NCBI GenBank assembly: GCA_965232005.1
Contig: OZ246950.1
Span: 4,294,311-4,326,310, forward strand
Direction of reading: 5' to 3'
From: Longimicrobiales bacterium
Lineage (GTDB): Bacteria; Gemmatimonadota; Gemmatimonadetes; Longimicrobiales; Gaopeijiaceae
Length of the DNA stretch: 32,000 bases
The notes beneath the pieces were generated by a model. That model did not search any database. It worked only from the letters and a program-made list of their open reading frames with translations, and had not been told where the DNA came from. Below, in pieces: positions 7,834-16,360 of this stretch (the first letter of the stretch is position 1; each line of letters starts with the position of its first letter). Both the position numbers and the translations under genes were made by a program.

Positions 7834-10800
7834 ATGAGTCGCAATCCACGCAGTCACGGAGAAGCTCCCGGACCCATCGCCTACATGGCGAGCAACAGCG
7901 TCGCGGCCAACCTGTTGATGTTCGGCATCATCGTCGCGGGCGTGGCGTCGTTTTCCGGGCTCGAGCTGGAAGCCTGGCCCACCGTACCCTTCAACCAGGT
8001 CGAGGTCTCCGTCGCCTATCCGGGCGCCACCCCCGAGGAGGTGGAGGAGTCCATCGTCGCCAAGATCGAGGACGAGGTCAAAGGGCTGGGCAACGTGAAG
8101 GCGGTGAAGTCCGTGGCGGCCCCGGGCATGGCGTCGGTCAGGGTGGAAATGCGGTCGGGCACGGACATGAACGATGCCGTGGCCGAGGTGGAAGCGGCGG
8201 TCGGCCGAATCCAGACGTTCCCGGGAGAAACCGAGCGGCCCCAGATCAGGGAGATGACCAACGCCGAGAGCATCATGCGCCTGGTCATCTACGGCGATGT
8301 CCCCGAGCGGACGTTGAAGGAGCTTGCCTACCGGATCGAGGATGAACTCGCCGCGCTGCCTTCCGTCTCCCAGGTAGAGACGAGCGGCATCCGCAACTAT
8401 GAGATCTCGATCGAAGTGCCGCTGCAGCGGCTCAGAGCGCTTGGACTCACGCTCCCGGAAATCGCCAACACGGTTCGCCGCAGTTCGCTGGATCTGTCCG
8501 CCGGCAGCATCGACACCGAGCAGTCCCAGGTGCGGGTGCGCACCCTGGGACAGAGCTACGATCAGCAGGACTTCGAGGAGATCGTCCTGCTCAGCCGCGG
8601 GGACGGCACGGTGGTACGACTGGGCGACATCGCCGAGGTGCGCGACGGCTTCCAGGACGTGGACCTGATCGTCCGGCACAATGGTCTGCCGGCCGTCTTC
8701 GTCGAGGTATCGAGGGCCGAGGGCGAGAAGGTGATGAATGTGGCGGGCGCCGTTCGGCAGCACGTCGCCGACGAGGTGGCCCCGTCACTCCCGGACGGCG
8801 TGGGCGTCACCATCTTGAACGATTCATCCGATGCCTTCGAGGAGCGCGCCGCCATCCTCATGAAGAATGGTCTTCTCGGGCTGCTGCTGGTGCTGTTGGC
8901 TTTGGGACTGTTTCTCGAACTCCGGCTTGCCTTCTGGGTAGCCGTCGGCCTCGGGGTGTCCGGCGTCGGCGCCCTGGCCGCCATGATGGCGTTCGACCTC
9001 GCCATCCACGCGGTCTCCCTCTTCTCGTTCGTGCTCGCCATCGGAATCGTCGTGGACGATGCGATCGTCGTCTCCGAGTACATCCATCTGGAACGCATGC
9101 GGGGAACGCCGGGCGTCGTCGCGGCGATACGCGGGGCCCGGCGAATCAAGGTGCCTCTCATCTTCGCGGTGCTGACCACGATCGCCGCGTTCTCTCCTCT
9201 GCTCTTCATTCCCGGAGGGGTAGGAGAGACCTGGAAAGCGCTGCCGACCATCGTCATCGCGATGCTGGTGATTTCGATGATCGAATCGCTGCTGGTGTTG
9301 CCCAACCACCTCTCTCACCACCTCCACGGACCGGAGTGGGCGCCCCGAACGCGCCTTGAGCGATTCGTATCCCGGATTCAGGGTCAGGTCGATCTGCAGT
9401 TGGGCAGATTCGTGCAGGGCCCCCTGCACCGCGGCGTGAGTTTCGCGACCGATCGACCCGGAGTGACGCTCTCGTCAGCCATCGCCCTGCTCATCCTGTG
9501 CTTTGCCATGCTGCCGGCGGGCATCGTCCCATTCGTCTTTTCCACGGAGGTCGAAGGCGATTTCGCAACGGCCACCCTGGAGATGCCGGACGGGACGACG
9601 GCCCAGCGAACCTACGAGGTGGCGCGCGAGTTGGAGGCGGCCGGCCACCGGGTCATCGAGCGGATCTCCGCAGACAGGCCCGCCGATGCGCCGCCCCTGC
9701 TGTCCGGGGTAACGGTTACCGTCGGTCAACGGCCGCGAGTAGATGGAGGGGGGCTCAGTCCCAACCTCACCCTGAACCCGGAGCCCAATGTCGCCACCAT
9801 ATCGTTCAAGCTGCTGGACGCGCAGCACCGGCGGATTCCCACGGGAGATGTCGTGCAGGCGTGGCGCGAGGAACTGGGTGTCCTGCCCCATGTGCGCGCA
9901 CTCACCATCAGCGGCACAATCTACGACTTGGGCAACCCCGTCGAGGCCGTGCTAGCGCATCCGGATCCCGACCGCCTCCCGGGGATCGCAACCGCGGTCG
10001 TCAATGACCTGCGCGAAGTGGGAGGTATCCACGACATTCGCTCCGATCACACTCCCGGCATCCCTGAGATCCAGCTGGGACTGCTGCCCGAAGCGCGAAC
10101 TCTCGGTCTCACCCTCGAGGATCTCGCCTGGCAGACGCGGTCCGCGTTCTTCGGCGCGGAAGCGCTCAGGGTGCAGCGCGGCCGCGAAGAGGTTCGGGTG
10201 TACGTGCGGCTGCCCGAGGAGCAGCGCAACTCGATCACCGACATCGAAAGGTCGCTGGTTCGGACGGCCGGCGGCGCCGAGGTCCCGGTGAGCCGTGTGG
10301 CTTCGCTGAGCTCGGGCATGTCGCCGCCCGCCATCCATCGCCAGGACGGCCAGCGCATCGTCAGGGTCACTGCGGATGTGGATCCGGCGGTGATATCCGG
10401 CGGGCGCGCCAACCGCATTCTGGAAGACGACATCCTCGCGGCGATCGTCGCCGAGGACCCGGAACTGACCTACACCTTCGGAGGTGAACCGCAGCAGCAG
10501 CTGGAATCCCTGAACGCGCTGGGACCCGGCTTCGGGATCGCCATGATCCTGATCTTCGCGCTGCTCGCGATTCCGCTGCGCTCGTATACCAAGCCGTTCA
10601 TCATTATGGCTATCATCCCGTTCGGGTTGATCGGGGTGATTCTGGGCCACTGGGTCCTGGGCGTCGCACTCAGCTCCCAGTCCTTCATCGGGGTCTTCGG
10701 CCTCGCCGGCGTGGTGGTGAACGACTCCCTGGTCATGATCGACTTTATCGACCAGGAGCTCGAGGAAGGCCTTCCGGCACGAGAAGCGATCATCGAGGGC

Positions 10801-11067
10801 GCCAAGGGGCGTTTCCGCCCGATCATGCTGACGTCGCTGACCACCTTCCTCGGCTTCATGCCCCTCATCCTCGAAGACGCGACTCAGGCCCAGTTCTTCG
10901 TGCCCTTCTCCGCCTCGATCGGCTGCGGCATCCTCTTCACCACGGTCCTGCTGATGTTGCTCGTGCCGGCGCTTACCTCGCTCCACCAGGGCTGGCTTGC
11001 GCGGCGGGCACGGGCGCGTGGCCGCTCGGATGTCCGCCCTGCGATGCCGGAGCCGACTTCGGCGTAA
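7834..11067 (+). CDS. RND-family efflux transporter permease (AcrB/HAE-like)
   Basis: 1077 aa. The N-terminus GPIAYMASNSVAANLLMFGIIVAGV resembles RND permease starts. There are two large periplasmic loops and two TM bundles (e.g. AIGIVVDDAIVVSEYI and GLAGVVVNDSLVMIDFI, containing the conserved TM4/TM10-type acidic residues). Confidence 0.9.
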   Translation: MSRNPRSHGEAPGPIAYMASNSVAANLLMFGIIVAGVASFSGLELEAWPTVPFNQVEVSVAYPGATPEEVEESIVAKIEDEVKGLGNVKAVKSVAAPGMASVRVEMRSGTDMNDAVAEVEAAVGRIQTFPGETERPQIREMTNAESIMRLVIYGDVPERTLKELAYRIEDELAALPSVSQVETSGIRNYEISIEVPLQRLRALGLTLPEIANTVRRSSLDLSAGSIDTEQSQVRVRTLGQSYDQQDFEEIVLLSRGDGTVVRLGDIAEVRDGFQDVDLIVRHNGLPAVFVEVSRAEGEKVMNVAGAVRQHVADEVAPSLPDGVGVTILNDSSDAFEERAAILMKNGLLGLLLVLLALGLFLELRLAFWVAVGLGVSGVGALAAMMAFDLAIHAVSLFSFVLAIGIVVDDAIVVSEYIHLERMRGTPGVVAAIRGARRIKVPLIFAVLTTIAAFSPLLFIPGGVGETWKALPTIVIAMLVISMIESLLVLPNHLSHHLHGPEWAPRTRLERFVSRIQGQVDLQLGRFVQGPLHRGVSFATDRPGVTLSSAIALLILCFAMLPAGIVPFVFSTEVEGDFATATLEMPDGTTAQRTYEVARELEAAGHRVIERISADRPADAPPLLSGVTVTVGQRPRVDGGGLSPNLTLNPEPNVATISFKLLDAQHRRIPTGDVVQAWREELGVLPHVRALTISGTIYDLGNPVEAVLAHPDPDRLPGIATAVVNDLREVGGIHDIRSDHTPGIPEIQLGLLPEARTLGLTLEDLAWQTRSAFFGAEALRVQRGREEVRVYVRLPEEQRNSITDIERSLVRTAGGAEVPVSRVASLSSGMSPPAIHRQDGQRIVRVTADVDPAVISGGRANRILEDDILAAIVAEDPELTYTFGGEPQQQLESLNALGPGFGIAMILIFALLAIPLRSYTKPFIIMAIIPFGLIGVILGHWVLGVALSSQSFIGVFGLAGVVVNDSLVMIDFIDQELEEGLPAREAIIEGAKGRFRPIMLTSLTTFLGFMPLILEDATQAQFFVPFSASIGCGILFTTVLLMLLVPALTSLHQGWLARRARARGRSDVRPAMPEPTSA

Positions 11068-11111
11068 CCGTTTCGCGGGACAGCTCTTCGGGAAACGTCA
11101 TCTTGCTTTTT

Positions 11112-12179
11112 TCAGCCTATGCGGCGGGTTGATCCCACTTGTGAGCGCAGCTCCGGATAGAACTGACGACAATACAGGCGGTACTTCCCGATCGGGCCGT
11201 CGGCCCGGGAGAGTCGCGGCGGAACCCTGTACCGTTTGCGGTTCCAGATGACAATATCCTGCAGGACGAACCGCCTCTCCTCCGACAGGAAAAAGCGACT
11301 CATCAGCCTGTGGCGCAGCGGCACGGGCAGGAACCCGAGGCCCGCGAAGAATCGCCCCGGCTTGCGGATTTCCCGTACCTGGGTGACCAGGGTCAGCTCA
11401 ATCTGCATCTCCGCCACGGGCGTCCCGAGGACCCACATTCTCGCGTCCATACCGATTGTCTTTTCGTGGATTTCGACAAACGAGAACCCCAACCCGTGAA
11501 CGTGGGTGACGGCCGAGATCTCGGAGCGGATGTTGATCATGCGCGCAAACGTGCGGATGTTCTTGAAGTCGAAGCAGCTCTTCAGGTAGGCGCCGTCGAT
11601 TGTGACCGGAGCGGTCGGTTCTACATCGTAATAGCCGTGCGTGTAGTCCAGGTGCTCCAGGTCCACGGAGTTCTCCGCGGTTTCCTGCGGATGGCCCCGG
11701 AACCGCAGCGTCGTGGAACGCAGGCTGCTCCAGTCCGTGCCGGTGGGCGGCTCCTCGGGAAGGTGCCACTGCGGTGCACGGCCGCCGCTCCCCCACCAGG
11801 CGAAGACCATCCCGAGGATCTCGGTGGTCTCGTAGACCTCCAGCTTCGCGGCTTTGGGGGCAGGGGCATGGGGAACGGCCACGCATTGTCCGGTCGCGTC
11901 GAACTCGAAGCCGTGGAAAGGACACACGAGACAGCCATCTCGCACCATGCCCCCGACAGTCGGTCCCATGTGCGACCCCAGGTGCGGACAGTATGCGCCG
12001 GCCACGCAGATGCGGCCATCCTCGTCGCACCACGCGACGATGTCCTCGCCCATCCAGGTCTTCTCGATCAGCCGTTTGTCGAGAAGGGTCTTGCGGTGCA
12101 CGACGAAGTACCACCCCTCGGGGTACGGCGGCAGTTCATCTATGGCATGGAGCCTGGGCTCATTCGGTTTCGGAATCAT
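11112..12179 (-). CDS. Rieske [2Fe-2S] non-heme iron oxygenase, KshA/Neverland-like
   Basis: 355 aa. Rieske motif CPHLGSHMG...CPFHGFEF (nt ~11913-11990). Mononuclear iron motif ENSVDLEHLDYTH (nt ~11637-11675). C-terminal QDIVIWNRKRY...DGPIGKYRLYCRQFY resembles the KshA/DAF-36-type tail as I remember it. Confidence 0.85.
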   Translation of the reverse strand: MIPKPNEPRLHAIDELPPYPEGWYFVVHRKTLLDKRLIEKTWMGEDIVAWCDEDGRICVAGAYCPHLGSHMGPTVGGMVRDGCLVCPFHGFEFDATGQCVAVPHAPAPKAAKLEVYETTEILGMVFAWWGSGGRAPQWHLPEEPPTGTDWSSLRSTTLRFRGHPQETAENSVDLEHLDYTHGYYDVEPTAPVTIDGAYLKSCFDFKNIRTFARMINIRSEISAVTHVHGLGFSFVEIHEKTIGMDARMWVLGTPVAEMQIELTLVTQVREIRKPGRFFAGLGFLPVPLRHRLMSRFFLSEERRFVLQDIVIWNRKRYRVPPRLSRADGPIGKYRLYCRQFYPELRSQVGSTRRIG

Positions 12180-12320
12180 TCCGGGATTCCTTTCAAAGCC
12201 GCGCCCCGTGGGCCAACGGCTCCTGCCGTTGTGGGGCCCGGTTACAATGGTCCTTCAAATCAAGCTCGGGTGTTTCGGCCCGGCGTGTACACAAACTAAG
12301 CGCGTTTCGCAGCATTGGCA

Positions 12321-12722
12321 CTAACCCGCCCATATCGCCACATCCCGAGCAGCTGTCAGAATCGACCGGTCGACCGTGGCAAGCGGGACACCCAACTCCC
12401 GCGCCAGCACCACGAACTCGGCGTCGGCCGCGGTTATGCCGCACTCGAGCGCGGCATCGAGCGCGCGGTCGGACGACACGGTCACGATCCTCGGGCCCAG
12501 CACCCTGGCCGCGTCGTCGCACATGGCCCTGGCCTGATCGAGGATCAGCGATCCCTGGTACACGAGACCGAGCAACACGTTCCTGAGTTCGCTGAGCAGG
12601 ACGGGGGGCGCGGCCCACTCCGGGTCTCGCAGCAGAAGCCGCGCCGCGCCATCTCCGTCGGGACCGCCGACGACGAGCCGCAGCATCGCGCTGGTGTCGG
12701 CGACGATCACGGCCGCCAGCAC
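12321..12722 (-). CDS. vapC: PIN-domain ribonuclease toxin (VapC-like)
   Basis: 133 aa, GTG start. The VIVADTSAM start carries the first PIN acidic residue. Later come SELRNVL and ITAADAEFVVLARELGVPLATVD. It lies downstream of an RHH antitoxin gene on the same strand. Confidence 0.85.
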   Translation of the reverse strand: MLAAVIVADTSAMLRLVVGGPDGDGAARLLLRDPEWAAPPVLLSELRNVLLGLVYQGSLILDQARAMCDDAARVLGPRIVTVSSDRALDAALECGITAADAEFVVLARELGVPLATVDRSILTAARDVAIWAG

Positions 12723-12759
12723 CTGGCCGTGCCGTTTCGACGGCCCCCTCCACGGGTCG

Positions 12760-13035
12760 TCACTCGCCGCCCCGCCATTGGCGCCGCGCTTCCTCGCCGG
12801 GCTTTTCGGTGCGAAGACGCCGCAACGCGACCTCGTCCAGGTCGAGGGGACCCAGCGTCCGGTGGCGGCGGCCGATGCGATCGAGCAGCCCGACGGCGTC
12901 GACCGGCTCCGGGCGGAGCGAGGCGGCCAGCCGGGCCAGAATCTCCCCGTTGAGGCTGCGGTGGTTTCTCTTCGCCGCCGCCTTGAGCTCGCGATGCAGG
13001 GAATCTGGGACCCCCCGCAGGGCTACGTCGGCCAT
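12760..13035 (-). CDS. vapB: Ribbon-helix-helix (Arc/FitA-like) antitoxin (VapB-like)
   Basis: 91 aa. MADVALRGVPDSLHRELKAAAKRNHRSLNGEILARL is a typical RHH N-terminus. AGGAGG sits immediately upstream of the ATG. Confidence 0.75.
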   Translation of the reverse strand: MADVALRGVPDSLHRELKAAAKRNHRSLNGEILARLAASLRPEPVDAVGLLDRIGRRHRTLGPLDLDEVALRRLRTEKPGEEARRQWRGGE

Positions 13036-13120
13036 CCTCCTACCTCTGCCGTGTGGGTGCTGGCACGCCCGGGGACGGGAGCGCGTCTGTAGATGGCGGC
13101 ACGCTCGGGGACGACGGCGC

Positions 13121-13165
13121 TCCTATAGATGATAGCATAGTCATATCATAATAGTATCATTCTCT
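13121..13165. promoter_or_regulatory. AT-rich island with ATGATA/TATCAT repeats in the divergent vapB / lipoprotein intergenic region
   Basis: tcctatagATGATAgcatagtcaTATCATaatagTATCATtc. There is an inverted repeat ATGATA (13129-13134) / TATCAT (13144-13149) and a direct TATCAT at 13155-13160. It is the only AT-rich patch between the divergent starts at 13035 and 13274. I cannot say which gene it serves. Confidence 0.35.
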
Positions 13166-13273
13166 TGCCCGTGTCACCAGTGCATACCCCCGCTGAGGCC
13201 AGTGGATCCGGTTGCGCGCCCGCAGTTCGCTCGCGGGATGGACGGAGGCGGACCCGGCCCGTAGCTTCGCCGG

Positions 13274-14512
13274 ATGACGAGACGCCATTCCGGGGCGCGT
13301 GCCGCCTTGGCCCGGTACTGCATGTCGGTCGCGCTCTGGGCATTCCTTCAGGCCTGCGCCCCGCCCGACGATGGTCCGCCGACTTCGGTCGTGCGCGACA
13401 GCGCGGGCATCTCGATCGTCGAGTCGTTCCGACCCGCCTGGGAGGATCCCGCGTGGGCGGACTCGGCCACGTGGCGGATCGATCCCGAGCCCCTCCTCGA
13501 CCTCGCCCGCTCCGGCACGGGCGACGCTCACACCTTCTACTCCGTCCGCGGCATGAAGCGGCTCTCCGGCGGCTCCCTCGTCATCCTCAACGCGGGCTCC
13601 GATGAGATCAGGCAGTTCTCGTCCGACGGGCGGTTTCTGGGCTCGTTCGGCGGAGCCGGCGAGGGGCCCGGGGAATTCACCAACCCCCGGCAACTGGAAT
13701 TGGCCGGCGACACGATCCTGGTGCTCGACTGGGATTCCATGCTGAGCATATTCGGTCCCGGCCCGGAGTTCATTCGCGACGTGCGCCTGCACCCGCGCAC
13801 CCGCGCCGTTCACAGCCTCGGAGGCGGCGGCCTCGTCGTGCGCGCCATCACCTCGCTTCCGCCGATCGGCGGTCTGGTCCGCATCCCCGAGGCTCTGCTC
13901 ACGTACCGGCTGGACGGAAGCGGCGGCGACAGCATCGGCTGGACCAAGGGGTACGAGGACTACACTCTCGGCGACATGGGCCAGGTACCCTTTTTCATGA
14001 AGGATGCCGTCGTGGACAGCCGCGGCGAACGGATCTTCACCGGATCTTCCGACCTGATGCAGGTGGAGGAGATGACGGCAAGCGGCGACACGGTAAGGAT
14101 TCTGCGCATACCGGAGTATCCCCTGGCGCTGACGGCCGCGCAGGCCGCGGCCGAGCGGGACAACCGGCTCGACATCCCCCTGCTGCAGCAGACGCCGCTG
14201 CCGCCACGAGTCCAACAGCTTCGCGAATTCATCGAGAACATGCCGCTGCCCACGACCCGGCCCGCCTACGCCGACATGATCGTGGACCCCTCGGGCGCCG
14301 TCTGGCTGCGGCCCTTCCGGGGCGACCACGAGCAGGTCGGACCGGAGTCCTGGCTGGTGCTGGATCCCGGTGGCCGCTGGCTCGGCAGCGTGGAAGTGCC
14401 CGAGGACTTCCGCGTCTGGGACATCGGCATGGACGAAGTGCTGGGCGTGTGGCGTGACGAACTGGACGTGCAGCATCCACAGGTGCTGCGCCTGCAAAGG
14501 GACAGCCAATGA
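13274..14512 (+). CDS. Lipoprotein, NHL-like / 6-bladed beta-propeller family (paralog 1)
   Basis: 412 aa. Signal plus lipobox-like WAFLQAC. Motifs such as GSFGGAGEGPGEFTNPRQLEL are typical of NHL/6-bladed propeller blades. It is collinear with the next gene over its whole length. Confidence 0.75.
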   Translation: MTRRHSGARAALARYCMSVALWAFLQACAPPDDGPPTSVVRDSAGISIVESFRPAWEDPAWADSATWRIDPEPLLDLARSGTGDAHTFYSVRGMKRLSGGSLVILNAGSDEIRQFSSDGRFLGSFGGAGEGPGEFTNPRQLELAGDTILVLDWDSMLSIFGPGPEFIRDVRLHPRTRAVHSLGGGGLVVRAITSLPPIGGLVRIPEALLTYRLDGSGGDSIGWTKGYEDYTLGDMGQVPFFMKDAVVDSRGERIFTGSSDLMQVEEMTASGDTVRILRIPEYPLALTAAQAAAERDNRLDIPLLQQTPLPPRVQQLREFIENMPLPTTRPAYADMIVDPSGAVWLRPFRGDHEQVGPESWLVLDPGGRWLGSVEVPEDFRVWDIGMDEVLGVWRDELDVQHPQVLRLQRDSQ

Positions 14513-15678
14513 AGATCGTCCTCCCGGCGCTCGCCGCGCTCCTCGCCTCCTCCTGCGCCCCCGCCGACGACGCTCCACCGCTCGCCGTCCAGCGCGACAG
14601 CGCCGGCATCGCAATCGTCGAGTCCTTCGCGCCCGCCTGGGGCGATTCGGCGCGCTGGCGGATCGGCCCGGAGCCCCTGCTCGACCTGGCGGAATCCGGC
14701 ACGGGCGACGCGCACGACTTCTACCGGGTCCGGAACGTGACGCGGCTCCCCGACGGTGGCATCGCGGTCGTGAACCGAGGCTCCGCGGAGATCCGGAAGT
14801 TCTCGGCCGACGGAAGGTTGGTCGGCTCGGTCGGAGGCTACGGCGAGGGGCCGGGCGAGTTCTCGAACGTGCAGCAGGCGGAAGTCGTCGGCGATTCCCT
14901 GCTCGTGCGGGACGTTCACCGCGTCGCGCTCTTCGGTCCCGATCTGCGGCACGTCCGCACCCTGCAACTGCACCCCGGTGTCAGGAGTATGCACTATCTG
15001 GGCAACGGCACTATGGTCGCGCCGGTGATTGTGGACTACCCCGAGGAATACGGTCTCGTGCGGGCTTCGGAAGCGCTCCTGGTGTACGATCTGGAAGGCA
15101 TGCGCCGCGACAGCATCGGCCGGACCCCAGGTTCGGAAGAGTACGTGGCCGAGGCGCTCATGGGGTCTCCCCTCTTCGGCAAGACCTCCGTGCTCGACAA
15201 CCACGGCGACAGGATCTTCCTGGGCTCTTCGGACCACATGCAGGTCGAGGAGATCGACACAAGCGGCGACACCGTTCGAATTCTCCGAATCCCCGACTAC
15301 CCGCTGGCGCTCAGCCCGGAACAGGTACAGGCAGAACGGAACCTCCGCCTCAACCCTCCGCTGCCACCGGGGGTGACGTCTCTTCCCCCACCCTTCGTCG
15401 AGGCCGTGGAGGCGATGCCGTCTCCGGAGACCCGACCGGCATACGCGGACATGCTTGTCGACCCGACCGGCGCGGTCTGGCTTCGCCCCTTCCGCGGAAG
15501 CAGCGAACAGGGCGGCCCGGAGCACTGGTTGGTGCTCGGCCCCGACGGAGCCTGGCTCGGAAACGTCGAAATGCCCGGGAACTTCGTGGTGAGGGAAATT
15601 GGTGTGGACGAGATCCTCGGGGTCTGGACCAGTGAGCTCGACGTACAGCATCCGCAGGTGTGGCGGTTGAACCGGTAG
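14509..15678 (+). CDS. Lipoprotein, NHL-like / 6-bladed beta-propeller family (paralog 2)
   Basis: 389 aa. MKIVLPALAALLASSC lipobox. GSVGGYGEGPGEFSNVQQAEV. Long identical blocks shared with paralog 1 (RDSAGI.IVESF.PAW, GPEPLLDLA.SGTGDAH, SGDTVRILRIP.YPLAL, RPAYADM.VDP.GAVWLRPFRG, ELDVQHPQV.RL). An ATGA overlap joins it to the upstream gene. Confidence 0.85.
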   Translation: MKIVLPALAALLASSCAPADDAPPLAVQRDSAGIAIVESFAPAWGDSARWRIGPEPLLDLAESGTGDAHDFYRVRNVTRLPDGGIAVVNRGSAEIRKFSADGRLVGSVGGYGEGPGEFSNVQQAEVVGDSLLVRDVHRVALFGPDLRHVRTLQLHPGVRSMHYLGNGTMVAPVIVDYPEEYGLVRASEALLVYDLEGMRRDSIGRTPGSEEYVAEALMGSPLFGKTSVLDNHGDRIFLGSSDHMQVEEIDTSGDTVRILRIPDYPLALSPEQVQAERNLRLNPPLPPGVTSLPPPFVEAVEAMPSPETRPAYADMLVDPTGAVWLRPFRGSSEQGGPEHWLVLGPDGAWLGNVEMPGNFVVREIGVDEILGVWTSELDVQHPQVWRLNR

Positions 15679-15732
15679 GGGAATTGCGCGAAAGTTGGCG
15701 GTCGTACCCATTGACTTAATCGAGGAGTTGAA

Positions 15733-15918
15733 GTGTTTGCAATCGGATTTGGTGAGGTGCTGCTGGTCTTGATCGTTCTCGGGATCTTGGCAGGCACAGG
15801 CTATTCGGTCTATCGGCTTGCCGGTGGCGGTCGAGCACGCGAACTGGAGGCAGCCAAGCGGGACTTCGAGCGCGAGATCGAAAAGACGAACCGCAGGGAG
15901 CGGCTGCCGAGGGGGTAG
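15733..15918 (+). CDS. Small single-pass membrane protein (paralog A), unknown function
   Basis: 61 aa, GTG start. FAIGFGEVLLVLIVLGILAGTGY TM segment followed by a charged helix, RARELEAAKRDFEREIEKTNRRER. The main support is that it aligns end to end with the next small ORF. Confidence 0.5.
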   Translation: MFAIGFGEVLLVLIVLGILAGTGYSVYRLAGGGRARELEAAKRDFEREIEKTNRRERLPRG

Positions 15919-16083
15919 TGGCCTGCTGCTCGCAGAGGGAATCCGGACCGCTGCCGGCGCACCAGCGACGCCGCCGCGTACTACCCGAAGCACCCGGGAT
16001 CCACGGGTGCGGCACTTGAGCTCCGGTGAGGTGTAACTCCTGTACCCATTCGGGATGAAGACCCTGAAGCACGAGTACGGGAA

Positions 16084-16284
16084 ATGACTTTTCATATTGA
16101 CACCGGTGATGTTCTGATGTTTCTGGCGAGCCTCGCGCTCGTGGTCGCAGGAGTCTGGCTGAGTATCCGATTCGTCAGTCGGTCCGTCAGCAGGGGCGGC
16201 GTGCGGGAACTCGAGGCGGCGAAGAGGGCACTCGAATTCGAGATCGTCCGCGTTAGACAACGCGAGGAGCCACCCGGCGGGTAG
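16084..16284 (+). CDS. Small single-pass membrane protein (paralog B), unknown function
   Basis: 66 aa. TGDVLMFLASLALVVAGVWLSI TM segment followed by GGVRELEAAKRALEFEIVRVRQREE. It shares the RELEAAKR..E.EI motif and overall architecture with 15733-15918. Confidence 0.5.
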   Translation: MTFHIDTGDVLMFLASLALVVAGVWLSIRFVSRSVSRGGVRELEAAKRALEFEIVRVRQREEPPGG

Positions 16285-16360
16285 TCGTGCGGTGGGGAGC
16301 GCTGTGACCGTACCTTGTCGCAGCGAATCGTAATCACCACGGGCCCGAGGCCACCACCGG

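Noticed and set aside
7834-11067. Interpreting the RND pump as a sterol or hopanoid transporter (BstA/HpnN-like) because of the neighbouring Rieske gene.
   Set aside because: Its size and motifs look like a generic AcrB/HAE-type permease rather than the shorter HpnN/MMPL-like group. Convergent orientation gives no operon link, so the idea is unsupported.
11068-11112. Possible bidirectional terminator between the convergent RND and Rieske genes (cgtttc...gaaacg followed by a T6 run).
   Set aside because: The stem is only 6 bp with a 17-nt loop, and the T-run abuts or overlaps the Rieske stop codon. This is too weak to call.
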